Assembly (NCBI GenBank): GCA_964016885.1
Contig: OZ024741.1
Location: 195,548,001-195,612,000, forward strand
Origin: Eledone cirrhosa
Taxonomy: Eukaryota
Length of the DNA stretch: 64,000 nt
Direction: 5' to 3'
This document shows positions 23,058 through 34,868 of this stretch, piece by piece (positions within the stretch are counted from its first letter, which is position 1; each line of letters opens with the position of its first letter). Under the pieces are notes generated by a model. The model worked only from the letters and a program-made list of their open reading frames with translations, was not told the DNA's origin and ran no database searches. A program made the translations under genes and the position numbers.

Positions 23058-23334
23058 TACATATGGGTTATATCAAACATAAATAATGATGTTCGATTCG
23101 TTTGTAAATAAACGGCCCGATTTGAAGCTGTGCCGTGCCAGTCAGTGACTGATCATCACTTGTCTGTTCAACACTGGCAGAGGTGTACAGTCCTGATGAA
23201 GGGTAATTGTCCCTCAAAGCTAGTGCTGAACAAACAGGTGATGATCGGTCACCGGCACGGCACTACTTTAATCGGGTTGTTTGTTTACAAACGAATCGAA
23301 CATTATTATTAATATTCAATATAACGCATATGTA
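23058..23334 (+). mobile_element. Fold-back element with ~120-bp arms and a degenerate hammerhead core at the tip, related to the 31-kb retrozyme-like repeat
   Basis: Arms aataatgatgttcgattcgtttgtaaataaac.. and ..gtttgtttacaaacgaatcgaacattattatt; centre CTGATGA-aggg..ccct-CAAA; right arm resembles 31190-31300. Confidence 0.75.
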
Positions 23335-23354
23335 TATATATATATATATATATA

Positions 23355-24001
23355 CTAGCAAATGACCCCCGTCCATTGGACGGTGTCAGTTCTTGGTAGG
23401 GCTGCAATGTTAATGGTCAATTTCCGTGTTGTATGTTTAACTTGGAGGATAATTTTACCTGATCAACTCTTTCAATAAAAAAAAATGAGACGGTATTCAA
23501 AAAGAGCAAGTTTTATTTACAGATATGTGTCATTAAAATGTGAACATAGAGAAATGTATCGTTAGCCGTGTCGGTTGAACAATGTGTAATTTTTTTTATT
23601 AATAACCGAAAGACAAACAGTAAATGAGACTGGATGTCAAACCATTTTGGATTGCATGTAAAGGTGATAAAAAGATCAGGACGGCCACAATGGTGGACAT
23701 AGGTCAGAGCATCCTGCATTTTTTCATGCATATAACGGGGGCCTCCAGTGTATGATGATGGGAGAATGACAGAAAGCCCAACATCCGAAGCATTAGCCTG
23801 ATCATTTCGGTTTACTTCGTCACGTAGATTGCTGTATTCTTCTGAACGCAGTTCCTTTTGATGATGTCTTATCCATTGGAGGCGTTCAGTGTCAATCTTA
23901 GCAAATATGTCTACACAGTATTGATTGAGGAGCATCCGTGTTCTATGCAGAATGTTGACGTCGTTTTTGCGAAACATAAGTCTAAATGCATAAAATTCCA
24001 T
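23355..24001 (-). mobile_element. Helitron fragment: part of the Rep domain joined to a canonical 3' end
   Basis: ORF 23513-24001 has YAFRL..QY.VD...ERL..IR.HQKELR..VILPSS.TGGPRYM..DAL..GRPDLFITFTCNPKW. The minus strand ends in a ccgtcca/tggacgg hairpin then CTAG followed by T. Confidence 0.88.
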
Positions 24002-24780
24002 TTATGAAATGGTTTTCCCACATATTTCATTATATTCTACAATGTATTAATTCAGTTTTCTCAGCATATTTTAAGCCTTTCACCTTTTTCTCTATAGCCT
24101 TAAATTTTCGTTCAAACCTTCGTAGATTTTGTAAACAAACTATGACGTCATATGTTTTTCTACGTTTATAAATCATTCTAGCAATTTCCTTTATTTACTT
24201 ATTGATATAAAATAATAATTAAATAGTATACCCCCACATATATAGATTTTTAATAGAAATTTTTAATTTTGACATAGATAGACTATTCTTATTTTTATTT
24301 TTTATTCTATCTTATTTTATTTTATTTTATTTTATTTTAAAAACCTTTTTAAAACCTTTTTTATAATTATTTTAATTTTATTTTATTTTATTTTATTAAT
24401 ACATATTTACACTTCTTAATCCAAGTTTTTAGTATTTAAACCCAATATAAAATAATATACCCAGTTTCTATATTTGAGACCTCTAATATTTGAATACCAT
24501 CTATAATATTCGCACATACACAATTTATTTTTTAGCCGTTATTTACAGCTGTTTTCATTTTGACAGCGTTCCTGATCAAAAGTCTCTCACTCTCTCTTTC
24601 TGTCTTTCTCTCTCTTCCTTCTTTCTTTCCCCTTTTTTCCTCTCTTCTATTCCTTTTCCTTTTTCCTTCTTTCCTTTTCTTCATTTTTCCTATTTTTCTC
24701 TTACTCGTATATTTTTGTCATATGTAGACTGTACACTTTCTTGTTGACAAGTGTTTTTAGGCCTCATATCATGTCACCTT

Positions 24781-24848
24781 ATTTTATCTGATGAGAACAC
24801 AAATTTTGTCCCAGGATCATGTTGTTTTCGAAATGCGCATAATAAAAT
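24781..24848 (+). ncRNA. Type-I hammerhead ribozyme motif (Penelope-like, palindromic stem III)
   Basis: attttat-CTGATGA-(imperfect stem II)-GAAA-tgcgca-TA-ataaaat; perfect 7-bp stem I; ATGCGCAT is self-complementary. Confidence 0.7.
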
Positions 24849-24993
24849 ATATGGAACTTTTTTAACCATCTTTTAATTTCTTCTTTAGCATATACTCCAG
24901 TTCTACCAACTGTTGAGTGCTACTTATCTGATATATGCATAGTTTTATTGTTCTACAATATTACTCACCTTCTACATATATATATATATATGA

Positions 24994-25042
24994 GATTCTA
25001 CAGGACTAGAACTGTTTCATTCTTTAGAAATCATCAGGAATC
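24994..25042 (-). ncRNA. Type-I hammerhead ribozyme motif
   Basis: Minus strand: gattc-CTGATGA-t.ttc.taaa.gaa.t-GAAA-cag.ttctagtc.ctg-TA-gaatc; GUA cleavage triplet. Confidence 0.78.
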
Positions 25043-25171
25043 TGGGTATCAAAAAATAAATAAATAAATAAATAAATAAATAGGAGAACTCCTATTACCC
25101 ACTCTACAACCCTAAGTATTGAGTACTCTGGTGCGTTATGGTCCATCTGGTTCCTTACCACAACTACTTCG

Positions 25172-25246
<75 letters not shown>

Positions 25247-25760
25247 ATTTTTTTCATTCGACTTATAATCCCCCCCCCCCCATACTTTCTACCATACCTT
25301 TAACACATACACACCCACCACTTTCATCCTTTACCCAGATCACTTTTTAACTATATACCCTTATCCAGAACTCATTACAAACACTCACTCTCTACTACAA
25401 CTTTTACACCCCTTTTCTCCCTTACCTCTTCTTAATAATTGTTTTTATTTCATTTCACTTTTACTCCCCCTTGTCCTTACTTACCCACTAGGTTTTTAAG
25501 TGTACTCAGATAAGGTTGTATGTGGGCGCATATGCAGACAGGCTTATGTGTACATAATATACACATGTACACAATATACGTGTTTTTATTATTTATATGT
25601 ATGTGTGTATGTGTGTGTGTATATATGTGTGTGTATGTATAGGGGTGTGTGTGTGTGTGTATATTTACGTATACATGTGTGCGTGTATATATATATATAT
25701 ATATCTTTAAGTCGTTTGGAAGCCTCGACAATGCAAATGGGTAAATCTTCAAGCAAACTT

Positions 25761-25833
<73 letters not shown>

Positions 25834-25856
25834 GGGTAAATGCTTCAAGCAAACTT

Positions 25857-25895
<39 letters not shown>

Positions 25896-25920
25896 GGGTA
25901 AATGCTTCAAGCAAACTTCA

Positions 25921-25983
<63 letters not shown>

Positions 25984-26522
25984 ATAAATATTTATAGAGA
26001 AGTATAAATAAGTAAATAAAATAAAATAAAATAAGATAAATAAATACATACACAAGCACAATAACAACAAGCTCATAAACACACACTAGTCACCCAGCAG
26101 ACACAACACTACACACACTAGTCACACAGCAAACATAACACTATACACACACGCAAACGCATGAGCAAAGAAGACAAAATAAAATAAACAAACAAGCAAA
26201 TAAATAAATAAATATATAGACAGACTGAATAAAAAATGGCGTAGACATACAACACAACAGGAGTAAAAAATATAACACCACTGACGATGTTGCAGATGTG
26301 CAACGAAAGATTTATGTAAATTATGTAAACTATATATATGTGTTTGTGTCTATATTGTATCTGTATTATTTTTGACCGTCGGTCAGTCAATGGCAACATT
26401 GAGGACCGAGTAAGTTAGATCGCAGATATAAAAGACAGCGAGAAGCGAAAACCAACCAAACAGTGAGTGTGTTCTGTTATTAATTCTGGCAATATTACAC
26501 AAATATGACCCTCCCCAAGTAT

Positions 26523-26598
<76 letters not shown>

Positions 26599-26648
26599 TA
26601 ATAAAATAATGAATAAACAAAGAAACAGGTCCTTATATTAAAAAAATT

Positions 26649-26790
26649 CATCATTTTACGATCGTTTCAAGGATATATATGTGTGTTAGAGTTGGTATGC
26701 ATATTCTATAGATCTATGTACAATATTTATACAAACTATCAGAGGGAATATACATACCTACACATATATATGCTGTCTTCAGAAATAATG
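26649..26790 (-). ncRNA. Type-I hammerhead motif with a long stem II, downstream of the Penelope ORF (putative pLTR)
   Basis: Minus strand: cattattt-CTGAAGA-(atatatatgtgt..acacatatatat)-GAAA-cgatcg-TA-aaatgatg; ACGATCGT palindrome. Confidence 0.7.
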
Positions 26791-27493
26791 ATATTTGTTT
26801 ATTGAAAAAAACAAAGATTCAATACAATAGGTCTGTTTGGGAACAGGTTTTGAATTGACCAATAGAGAGATAGTGGGGGTCAAGATAGTAATATAGTAGT
26901 AGAAGAACCTTAAATTATGGGTAGAGGAAGGTAGATTTCAGTTTTGGATGGAAAAGAATATTATGAATGAAGGATTATTTTAGGGAAGAAATAGGTCTTA
27001 TGCTGACCTCAGAAATAATTTTATTTGTTCATTGAATAAAACCAACAAAGATCTAATATATTCTGTCTGTTTGGTAAGAGGTTTAGAATTAACCAATAGA
27101 AAGTTAATAATTGGCCGAATGGTAAAATAGTAGTAATTGAAGCTTATTTTAGGGGTGAAAATAGGTCAGGTGGTCAGTAAATGGTATACAAGCAGTTGCT
27201 GTTATAAAATAGTAATTCCAATACAAATATCTAAGGTGACTAAAGTTTTAAGATAAGAATGTTAGTGCAAAAAATACATCTATGAAAAGAATATAAATTA
27301 ATTTAATTGCTGGGTATATTTATATTGATAAAATTATACTAATACATATAGATATGATAAATAAGAGTTAGATGCAGTTGAAAAGTGCTGTTAAAGATGA
27401 GGGGAAATTTAAAAATAATATATATATATATACTTATATATATATATATATATATACACATATATACACATACACACACACATATACACACAC

Positions 27494-27584
<91 letters not shown>

Positions 27585-27899
27585 CATGCATATATACATA
27601 CATACACATATATATATACACACACATACACACTTACATATACATATAATTATTGGGGGGGGGATTAAATTTATTAGTGAGAGATAATAAATGTATATAG
27701 TTTTCAAGGAACATAGAGTCATAACCTGAAGTTAAAGCATTATATATGTTTACTTAATGGTATCAGTTTTAGAAAATGATATTTGCAAAATTATGTAGTT
27801 CATCAGTAGTAGAATATTAATTATAGGTTAACTAAATTAAAAATAGTTTATATATTAATTTCTAAAGTGTATATTAATTAGGTTTATAATATTTAAAGG

Positions 27900-29369
27900 T
27901 TTTTCTCAGTTTATGATTACACGATATTATTAATTCCTGTCGCTTATTTAATAGGATATCCTTAGATTTCATTATTTAAAAAGGTTCTTGGGAACATAAT
28001 TTACATTCATATCTACTATTTTGAGCACACTCCAGGTCAGGTCATAATCTATATTCCTCTTTCTATAACTATTAATTATTTCAGCTAGAGATGTTGTATT
28101 AGCTAGTGCGGCATTTTTAAAACTATGTTTGTGGGTATTAAATCTTACCTTAAATTTGTTAGAGGTAGCTCCTATATATGAATAAATTGAGTCCTTAGTG
28201 TTAGCTTTACATTTATATACTATGTTATTAACAAGGCAATTTCCTTTTAATGGACAGTTTGCCTTGTTTCTACAGTTACAACTTTTCGTGAATCCTGTAT
28301 CTGAGGAGATATTATGGTTAGTTTGATGTACTGGTGGTATACTCATGGTTTTTTTACATTTATATGCATTATAGGCACTTATATTTTGTTTTATGTTTTT
28401 GGTTGTTGAGTAGGAGAATTTAACCGTTGATCTATTTAAGATTTGATGGTATTTGTGGTTTGGCGGGAAGTTTTTCTCTAGGATATTAAATAATTTTTTA
28501 GGTATATTATCCTTAATTTGTAAATTAAATGGAGCATTATACCAAGTAACTCGTCTATTACGGTTTCGATGTTGTTTATTGTTTTTATAGGATGCATCCT
28601 GATGTTTATTAAGAGAATTATTGTTAATGACCTCACCACACACATTTTTAGTTAGATTTATTGATTTAGGTGTTTTAGCTTGTTTATTAGGAGTTTTATT
28701 ATTAACATTTATTAGATTTGTAGGATGAGTAGTTTTTTGAGAGTTACTATACTGTATATTAGAAGAGTTAGAGAAAGTTGGTTTTATGTTGGTGTTTTGG
28801 GGTATAGTGTGAGTGGCTTTTAGGTGTGTATGTTTCATTTGGTGTTTGTTGGTAATATTAGGTTGTATGTTTGTAGTGTTATTGGTAGAAGGTATATATA
28901 CTAATCTATTTTTGTGGCCACTTCTAGCTAGAGCTTCGTTATAAAAGGTCGCATTTTTATCAAATACATCTTGGTTAGACGAAAGGTTAGAAATTCTAAG
29001 TGAGATATTATATGCAAGGTTTTTAAGGATAGATTTAGGGTGATTAGATTGTGAGTGTATGTAGTGTAAATTTTGGTTGGGTTTATGGTAAGGTTGGTAG
29101 ATACCCGTAGATAAGTCTAATGTTATATCTAGGAAATTAACTACTTTACTTGTGTTTTCAAATGTAATATCTAGACTATAATAGTCTTTAAGGAAAGTTC
29201 TAATAAGCTTTTTATTTTTTTCTATCTCTGAGAGGCTAAGGTTATTGGAAAGAAGAAGACAGTCGTCACGATATAAACCACCTTTAAGGTGGGGAAAGGA
29301 AGCATTTATGTTAAAAAGAAGAAAGAAGCCCACAAGATCAGTAATTTGGGCAGAATCGCTTGAGCCCAT
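27900..29369 (-). mobile_element. 5'-truncated Penelope-like element (RT C-half, linker, GIY-YIG endonuclease)
   Basis: MGS, LYRDD, VNFLDITL, YHKPN, YIHSQSNHP; CNCR..CPLKGNCL..IVYKC..YIGAT..FKVRF..H..SF; frameshift before CKLC..E near 28000. Confidence 0.88.
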
Positions 29370-29509
29370 AGTAATATCGAATAGATTACTATATATATAT
29401 ATATATATATATATATTTAAAGGTTAAACAAGGTTCAATGAATAAATCAAAGAATGAGTGTTACAATAGATTGGAAGCACTCAACAACATTGGTTTTCTG
29501 GAGTTATTA

Positions 29510-29816
29510 ATATTAATTCAAAATATTAACAAAAATAGACATTCGTGTGATCAAGTATATTTTATTATACATATTTCAGAGGTACTGAGCTATCTTCAAC
29601 AGTACGTCCTCATCAGATAAAATAAGATGATGCATGACATACCCTGACATAGTAGCAGTTCATGACTGAATATTAACCATCTACTATGTCATGCATCATC
29701 TTATTTTATCTGATGAGGACGTACTGTTGAAGATAGCTCAGTACCTCTGAAATATGTATAATAAAATATACTTGATCACACGAATGTCTATTTTAGTTAA
29801 TATTTTGAATTAATAT
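29510..29816. repeat. Near-perfect ~130-bp-arm palindrome with a hammerhead motif on each strand (- 29558-29624; + 29702-29768)
   Basis: + copy: tattttat-CTGATGA-ggac.gtactg..cagtac.ctct-GAAA-tatgta-TA-ataaaata; the left arm is its reverse complement. Confidence 0.85.
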
Positions 29817-30719
29817 ATATATATATATGTATATATGTGTGTGTGTATGTGTATGTATATATGTTTTTTAATATGTGTGTATGGGTTTACGTATATGTTT
29901 ATTTGTATGAGTGTGTTGATTTTTTATTGCGTGCGTGTGTGTTCGCGCGTATGTGTACGTATGTACGTGGGTTATGTACCTTTGAGATTAATCTACCCAA
30001 TTTATTGTAGGTTTTTTTGTATGTATATGTATGTGGATGTGTGTGTATCTGTATGTATGTATGTGTATATATGTGTGTGTGTGAGTGTATATATGTATAT
30101 GTATATATGTATGCATATATATATATATGTACATATATGTGTGTGTTTGTATGTGTGTATAGGTATATATATGTATGTGTATGTGTATATATGTATATAT
30201 ATATGTGTATATATATATATGTATATGCATATCGTGTGTATTTGTTTATTTTAAAGTTGTTTTTATTTATTCCCCCCTCCCCTCACACACTCACACCTTT
30301 CGTTGTCATCACGTCCCCTTTTTGACTTTATTTTGTTTCTGATTTTGATTTTTACTTTCTTATATATATATTGTATTTGTTGTTCTTATTTATTTAGTTA
30401 TTCCTGCTTCTAAACTACTTCCCGTATTTGTGTGTACATTTTTGAGTGCATATATATCTGTGTATATGTATGTGTATGTATTTATGTTCCTGTCCATATT
30501 TCTATGTAGACGCAAATACGCTTATGTGAGAAAGTATACGTCTACGTATGCGCGTAGTTGAATGTGTATGTTTATGTTCTGGATATTTATTTTTTTATAT
30601 ATATATTTTTTATATTTCTTTTCGCCTATTTCCTTTTCGCCCGTTTTTTTCAGTCTCACTTTCATATTTCCTAAATTTTGTTTTCAAATCCATATTTAAT
30701 AAAAACACCATGTTATTTA

Positions 30720-30777
30720 TTCATTCTGACGACTGAAGACAGACACATCTGCCTTCAAGAAACCACTGGTAAATGAA
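30720..30777 (+). ncRNA. Type-I hammerhead ribozyme motif
   Basis: ttcatt-CTGACGA-c.tgaag.a.caga.caca.tctg.c.cttca.a-GAAA-cc.act.gg-TA-aatgaa; GUA site. Confidence 0.8.
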
Positions 30778-31127
30778 ATAATTATCTTATGTTGTTTATT
30801 ACATAACTAATAAGCGCTGTAGCCTACATAGAGCACTCTTTTTTCCTGTACCTTTCCGACCTTCCATATGTACATATATATATGTGTGCATGTATGTATA
30901 TATATACATACTCCTGTACGTCTATATACATATATGTATGTACGTATACAATTCTTATATTTAAGTAACAGCCGTACTAAGAGTGAGAAATGAAATTTCG
31001 TTTCATTTTTTCCATTTATCGTTTTCGGTGCGCCCGGCCGATTAACTCACTCGATATGCAAATTAGGCTGTTCAGCCGTTAATATGCATAAGGAAAGTAT
31101 ATACTTTCAGACGTTCAATCATCTGGC

Positions 31128-31184
31128 AGGAAGGTATACGGTGCTGACGATAGCTAATAAGCTTGAAACTAGTACATCGTTCCT
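31128..31184 (+). ncRNA. Minimal type-I hammerhead, unit 1 (predicted cleavage after 31174)
   Basis: aggaa..cggtg-CTGACGA-t.agct.aata.agct.t-GAAA-c.ta.g-TA-catcg.ttcct; stem III ACTAGT is palindromic. Confidence 0.8.
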
Positions 31185-31555
31185 TTGTCAGTGTTGAACA
31201 AAAGGGCAACGATGGTTGCTAAACACTGTACGGCTTAATCCGGGATGTTTGTTTACAAACAAACCGAGCATTATAATAAATGTTCGGTAAATCCATATGT
31301 ACATATATATATGTGTGCATGTATGTATATATATACATACTCCTGTACGTCTGTATACATATATGTATGTACGTATACATTCTTATATTTAAGTAACAGC
31401 CGTACTAAGAGTGAGAAATGAAATTTCGTTTTATTTTTTCCATTTATCGTTTTCGGTGCGCCCGGCCGATTAACTCACTCGATATGCAAATTAGGCTGCT
31501 CAGCCGTTAATAGGCATAAGGAAAGTATATACTTTCAGACGTTCAATCATCTGGC

Positions 31556-31614
31556 AGGAAGGTATATACGGTGCTGACGATAGCTAATAAGCTTGAAACT
31601 AGTACATCGTTCCT
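31556..31614 (+). ncRNA. Minimal type-I hammerhead, unit 2 (predicted cleavage after 31604)
   Basis: Core identical to unit 1. Confidence 0.8.
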
Positions 31615-31814
31615 TTGTCAGTGTTGAACAAAAGGGCAACGATGGTTACTAAACACTGTACGGCTTAATCCGGGATGTTTGTTTACAAACAAACCGAGCA
31701 TTATAATAATTGTTCGGTAAATCCATATGTACATATATATATATGCGCATGTATGTATATATATACATACTCCTGTACGTCTGTATACATATATGTATGT
31801 ACGTATACATTCTT

Positions 31815-31892
<78 letters not shown>

Positions 31893-31929
31893 TGGCTGCC
31901 AACTCGTTTTCGGGTACGGCCACTACTTT

Positions 31930-32482
31930 ATATCCATGTAGGAGAACCCCTACCGATGCGCTGAACAAGTGTGACTTTTTAGTCCAGCCAGCGACTTGAA
32001 AACTCTGGTACAAACACTACACTTGTGACAATTATTGACACATAGTGCTGGGCCCATGGTACCATGTGATGACAAGTGCAGAGAGATCTCCAGATATAAA
32101 GCAATGCCTGTGCCGTGAAGCTTTTATAGTGAGCAAAGGCACTGCACAAAGCCAGTCCCACTCTCTTAACCAAGATGATATTTACCAAAAAGAAGAACAA
32201 GTCAACATCATTGGATACCATCAGAGTTGCAGGTGTTATATCAGAGTTTCCTTCTCCTAAAATTCTGCCTTGACAAAGGCTAAGGGGTCATCTCTCCCAG
32301 TGATTTTGGATGGCCATTGACGTTTAAGAGCTCCTTTGCCCTTTGACAGGTTTTGTTTTTAGTCCTGCAGGATGTCCAAAGTCACCCTCCTCACCAACAA
32401 ACCTTGGTGGGGTTGCCAGTTTAGTCGCCAACGACCCGACCATGAGACAGGTTGTACTGGCATACATGTTACCAGTAGCACC
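31930..32482 (-). mobile_element. Probable RTE-5'UTR-derived non-autonomous repeat or SINE fragment
   Basis: Minus-strand gtcgt..ggcgactaaa and ggagaaggaaactctga motifs, which I recognise from RTE 5' regions; bounded by (TA)n. Confidence 0.4.
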
Positions 32483-33383
32483 AACTATATATATATAACA
32501 GTAAATGTAAATTTTATTCACAGTTGTATAAATAACATTACAAATTGTTCACAATTCTTTCAGAATAGAAGTATAACACAAATATAAACACATATAATAA
32601 ATACAATTAACTATTGCTAGGAACCTCACAAATATAACACTCCAAAATATACGATCGGAGCTAGAAAAAAAAAGAAAGAGTTAAAGCAGGTAGACACACA
32701 CGCACTTGTGTGTGTGAAAGAGAGAGAGAGAGAGAGGGGGGGCGAGAGAGAGAGAGGGGAGAGCGAGACATATGTTGTTTACTTCGTGTCTACCTAAAAC
32801 GCAGGATAGATTAAAGAAAAAATGACCTCAAAATCTTATGGGTGACCACCGTATTCGCTGTTGAATATAATAGCCGAAGATATAGATAACGAAATAAACT
32901 GGAGATAGATTCCTTCAAAATACCAGGTGCGAGGGAGACATCGAGTATAATATACAGCGTCATCACCGGGTAAACTATCGAAAAAGGAAGTAAAATATAA
33001 TGAGTCATAGTATAATAATAGAAACGGAAAACCCTCCTCCTGTAGTCACTGTGGAAAAACCCTCATATGTATATAAATGCATGCTTTTTAAGTTACGCTG
33101 CCAAACCAGAAATGTATAGACATATCAACATGAACATTAGATATATTTTAATAGGTAAGTAGACGCTAATGTTTGTTTTGAACCTTTGACCGGGGACCTA
33201 GGAGCTTTAATGATCCGTAAAGGTAAGGGCAGGGGTACTTAAAGGTATAACGGGGTTTCCGTAAGTTAAGTCAAAAAATTAATATACATACACTATTTGT
33301 CTCTAAGTATAAACATTTCTCTCCTTCGATTATTATTATCGTCAATATTACAACTATGGTCGTGAAAAGGTTGGGAACCACCG

Positions 33384-33830
33384 CTTCACTCGTCACATCG
33401 AGCTAAACGTAATTATTATGCGGGTCCTGACTTGGGTAAATGCCCCCTCAATTCTGGTGCACGCTGGATTGTCGGGAGTAGGTGAGAAGAGACCAGATGG
33501 TCTTACCCTTTATCGCTGGGCAAAAGGGAGACGTTTCATTTGGGATGTCACAATCAGTGACACTTTTACTCCCTCCCCCATCCTGGATGCTGAGGTAAAT
33601 GTGAAGGCCAATGCCTACGTAGCCGAACGGAATAAAATTCTTAAATACTGGCAAACTACTTTTTTCAACCTGTGACGTTCGAGATGTTTGGAGAAGATGG
33701 GCTGTTGACAACTAAGTCCTTGTCATCACTGGCGGCTCGCCTTCCCGAGATAACGTCGATGCCCGGGAGGGTGCTTGGCTGTTCCAGCGTCTTAGCCTCG
33801 CTATCACTCGCGCTAATTCTGTCAGTATGT
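33384..33830 (+). mobile_element. CRE-like non-LTR retrotransposon 3' fragment (restriction-like endonuclease)
   Basis: RH..LN..I....KRPDGLTL..W.KGR..IWDVT..DT..AE..K..KY, continuing after a frameshift in FE.FG..G; PD-(D/E)xK-type motif of CRE/R2-group elements. Confidence 0.75.
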
Positions 33831-34159
33831 TGGCTTACCTCAAAAAGTATTTCAGGGAAGCTCTGGAACCCCTAGTAATGTGTGATCGATTGGTACACTT
33901 AGTGTTGAATTCATATTTTCTTTCGTTTTGATTCTATATTTGTATGTGAAATGTTTTTGTAATTTAGTATTATACATATGTGTATTTACTTTACGCACCT
34001 ATATATAGCTTTATCGTAGACGAAGCCTAGCAACAACCATACAGACCAGCCGAACTCCCACTGTCATCGCCTCCATCTCTCTCGCCTTTTCCATCTCTCC
34101 CGCCCTCTCCATCTCTCCGTATGGTGAGCAAATGGGGTCCCACGTGCTGGCCTCCCCAC

Positions 34160-34390
34160 AGCCTCGGCGGAGAGAATGGAGAAGGCGTCTCCTCGGAGGA
34201 TGGTATGGGAGATGCGCTGGAAGAGCCATTCCAACTCGCGAGCCTCACACCTGCGGCTGGCCAGCTCAGCGCCTATGGTAGTGAGTAGGGAGGTAGCCCT
34301 AGGGCCAAGGACATCAGAAGTCTCCACTGCCAAGGGCACGACTGCGAACCTGTCGGGGAGTGACCGGTACTTAGAGAGTTTCGCCTCCTT
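34160..34390 (-). mobile_element. Second CRE-like C-terminal fragment, convergent with the first
   Basis: EAKLSKYRSL..F..VPLAVET..LGP.A..LL..IG.........WLFQRIS..I.RG.A..IL. Confidence 0.7.
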
Positions 34391-34512
34391 TCATCTATAT
34401 TAATTTTTAAAAAGAGAGAGGTGTTTGTGCTGTACTGTGCCGTTTGCTTTTGTTTTCAGTTTACCTTTTACACACACAAAGGTATTTAAAGAAAATCAAT
34501 TTACTTTCATTT

Positions 34513-34597
<85 letters not shown>

Positions 34598-34685
34598 TTT
34601 AAACACCACCAGGTAATACACACATCTTGGACCATATACATCAAAAGCAAGCGAAAGGGATGGTATGAACATAAATAAATAATAA

Positions 34686-34868
34686 AAATTGTTTCTACTT
34701 TTGGCAGAAGGCCAGCAATTATCACAGTGTATTACTGATACTTTATGTTATCGACCCCGTAAGGATGAAAGGCAAAGTTAACCGCGGCGGGATTTGAACT
34801 CAGATTATAAAGGGGCGTAACTCTATGTTGCAAATCATAGCGTCTGACGCTCTACCGATACTGCCAAA
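34686..34868 (-). mobile_element. tRNA-derived SINE
   Basis: Minus strand: A box tggcagtatcggtaga, B box gagttcaaatcc; homologous to 35544, 45397 and 45938. Confidence 0.75.

Larger units (their letters stand above)
30863..31817 (+). mobile_element. Retrozyme-like tandem repeat: ~2.2 copies of a ~430-bp unit, each full unit with a hammerhead
   Basis: Near-identical units start at 30863, 31292 and 31722; hammerheads at 31128-31184 and 31556-31614; non-coding; ends in (TA)n. Confidence 0.85.

Noticed and set aside
25736-25922. CRISPR-like short repeats with spacers
   Set aside because: Spacers are pure (AT)n, the context is eukaryotic and there are no cas genes.
33250-33383. hAT-like terminal motif aaggttgggaaccac
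   Set aside because: No clear partner TIR or target duplication found.
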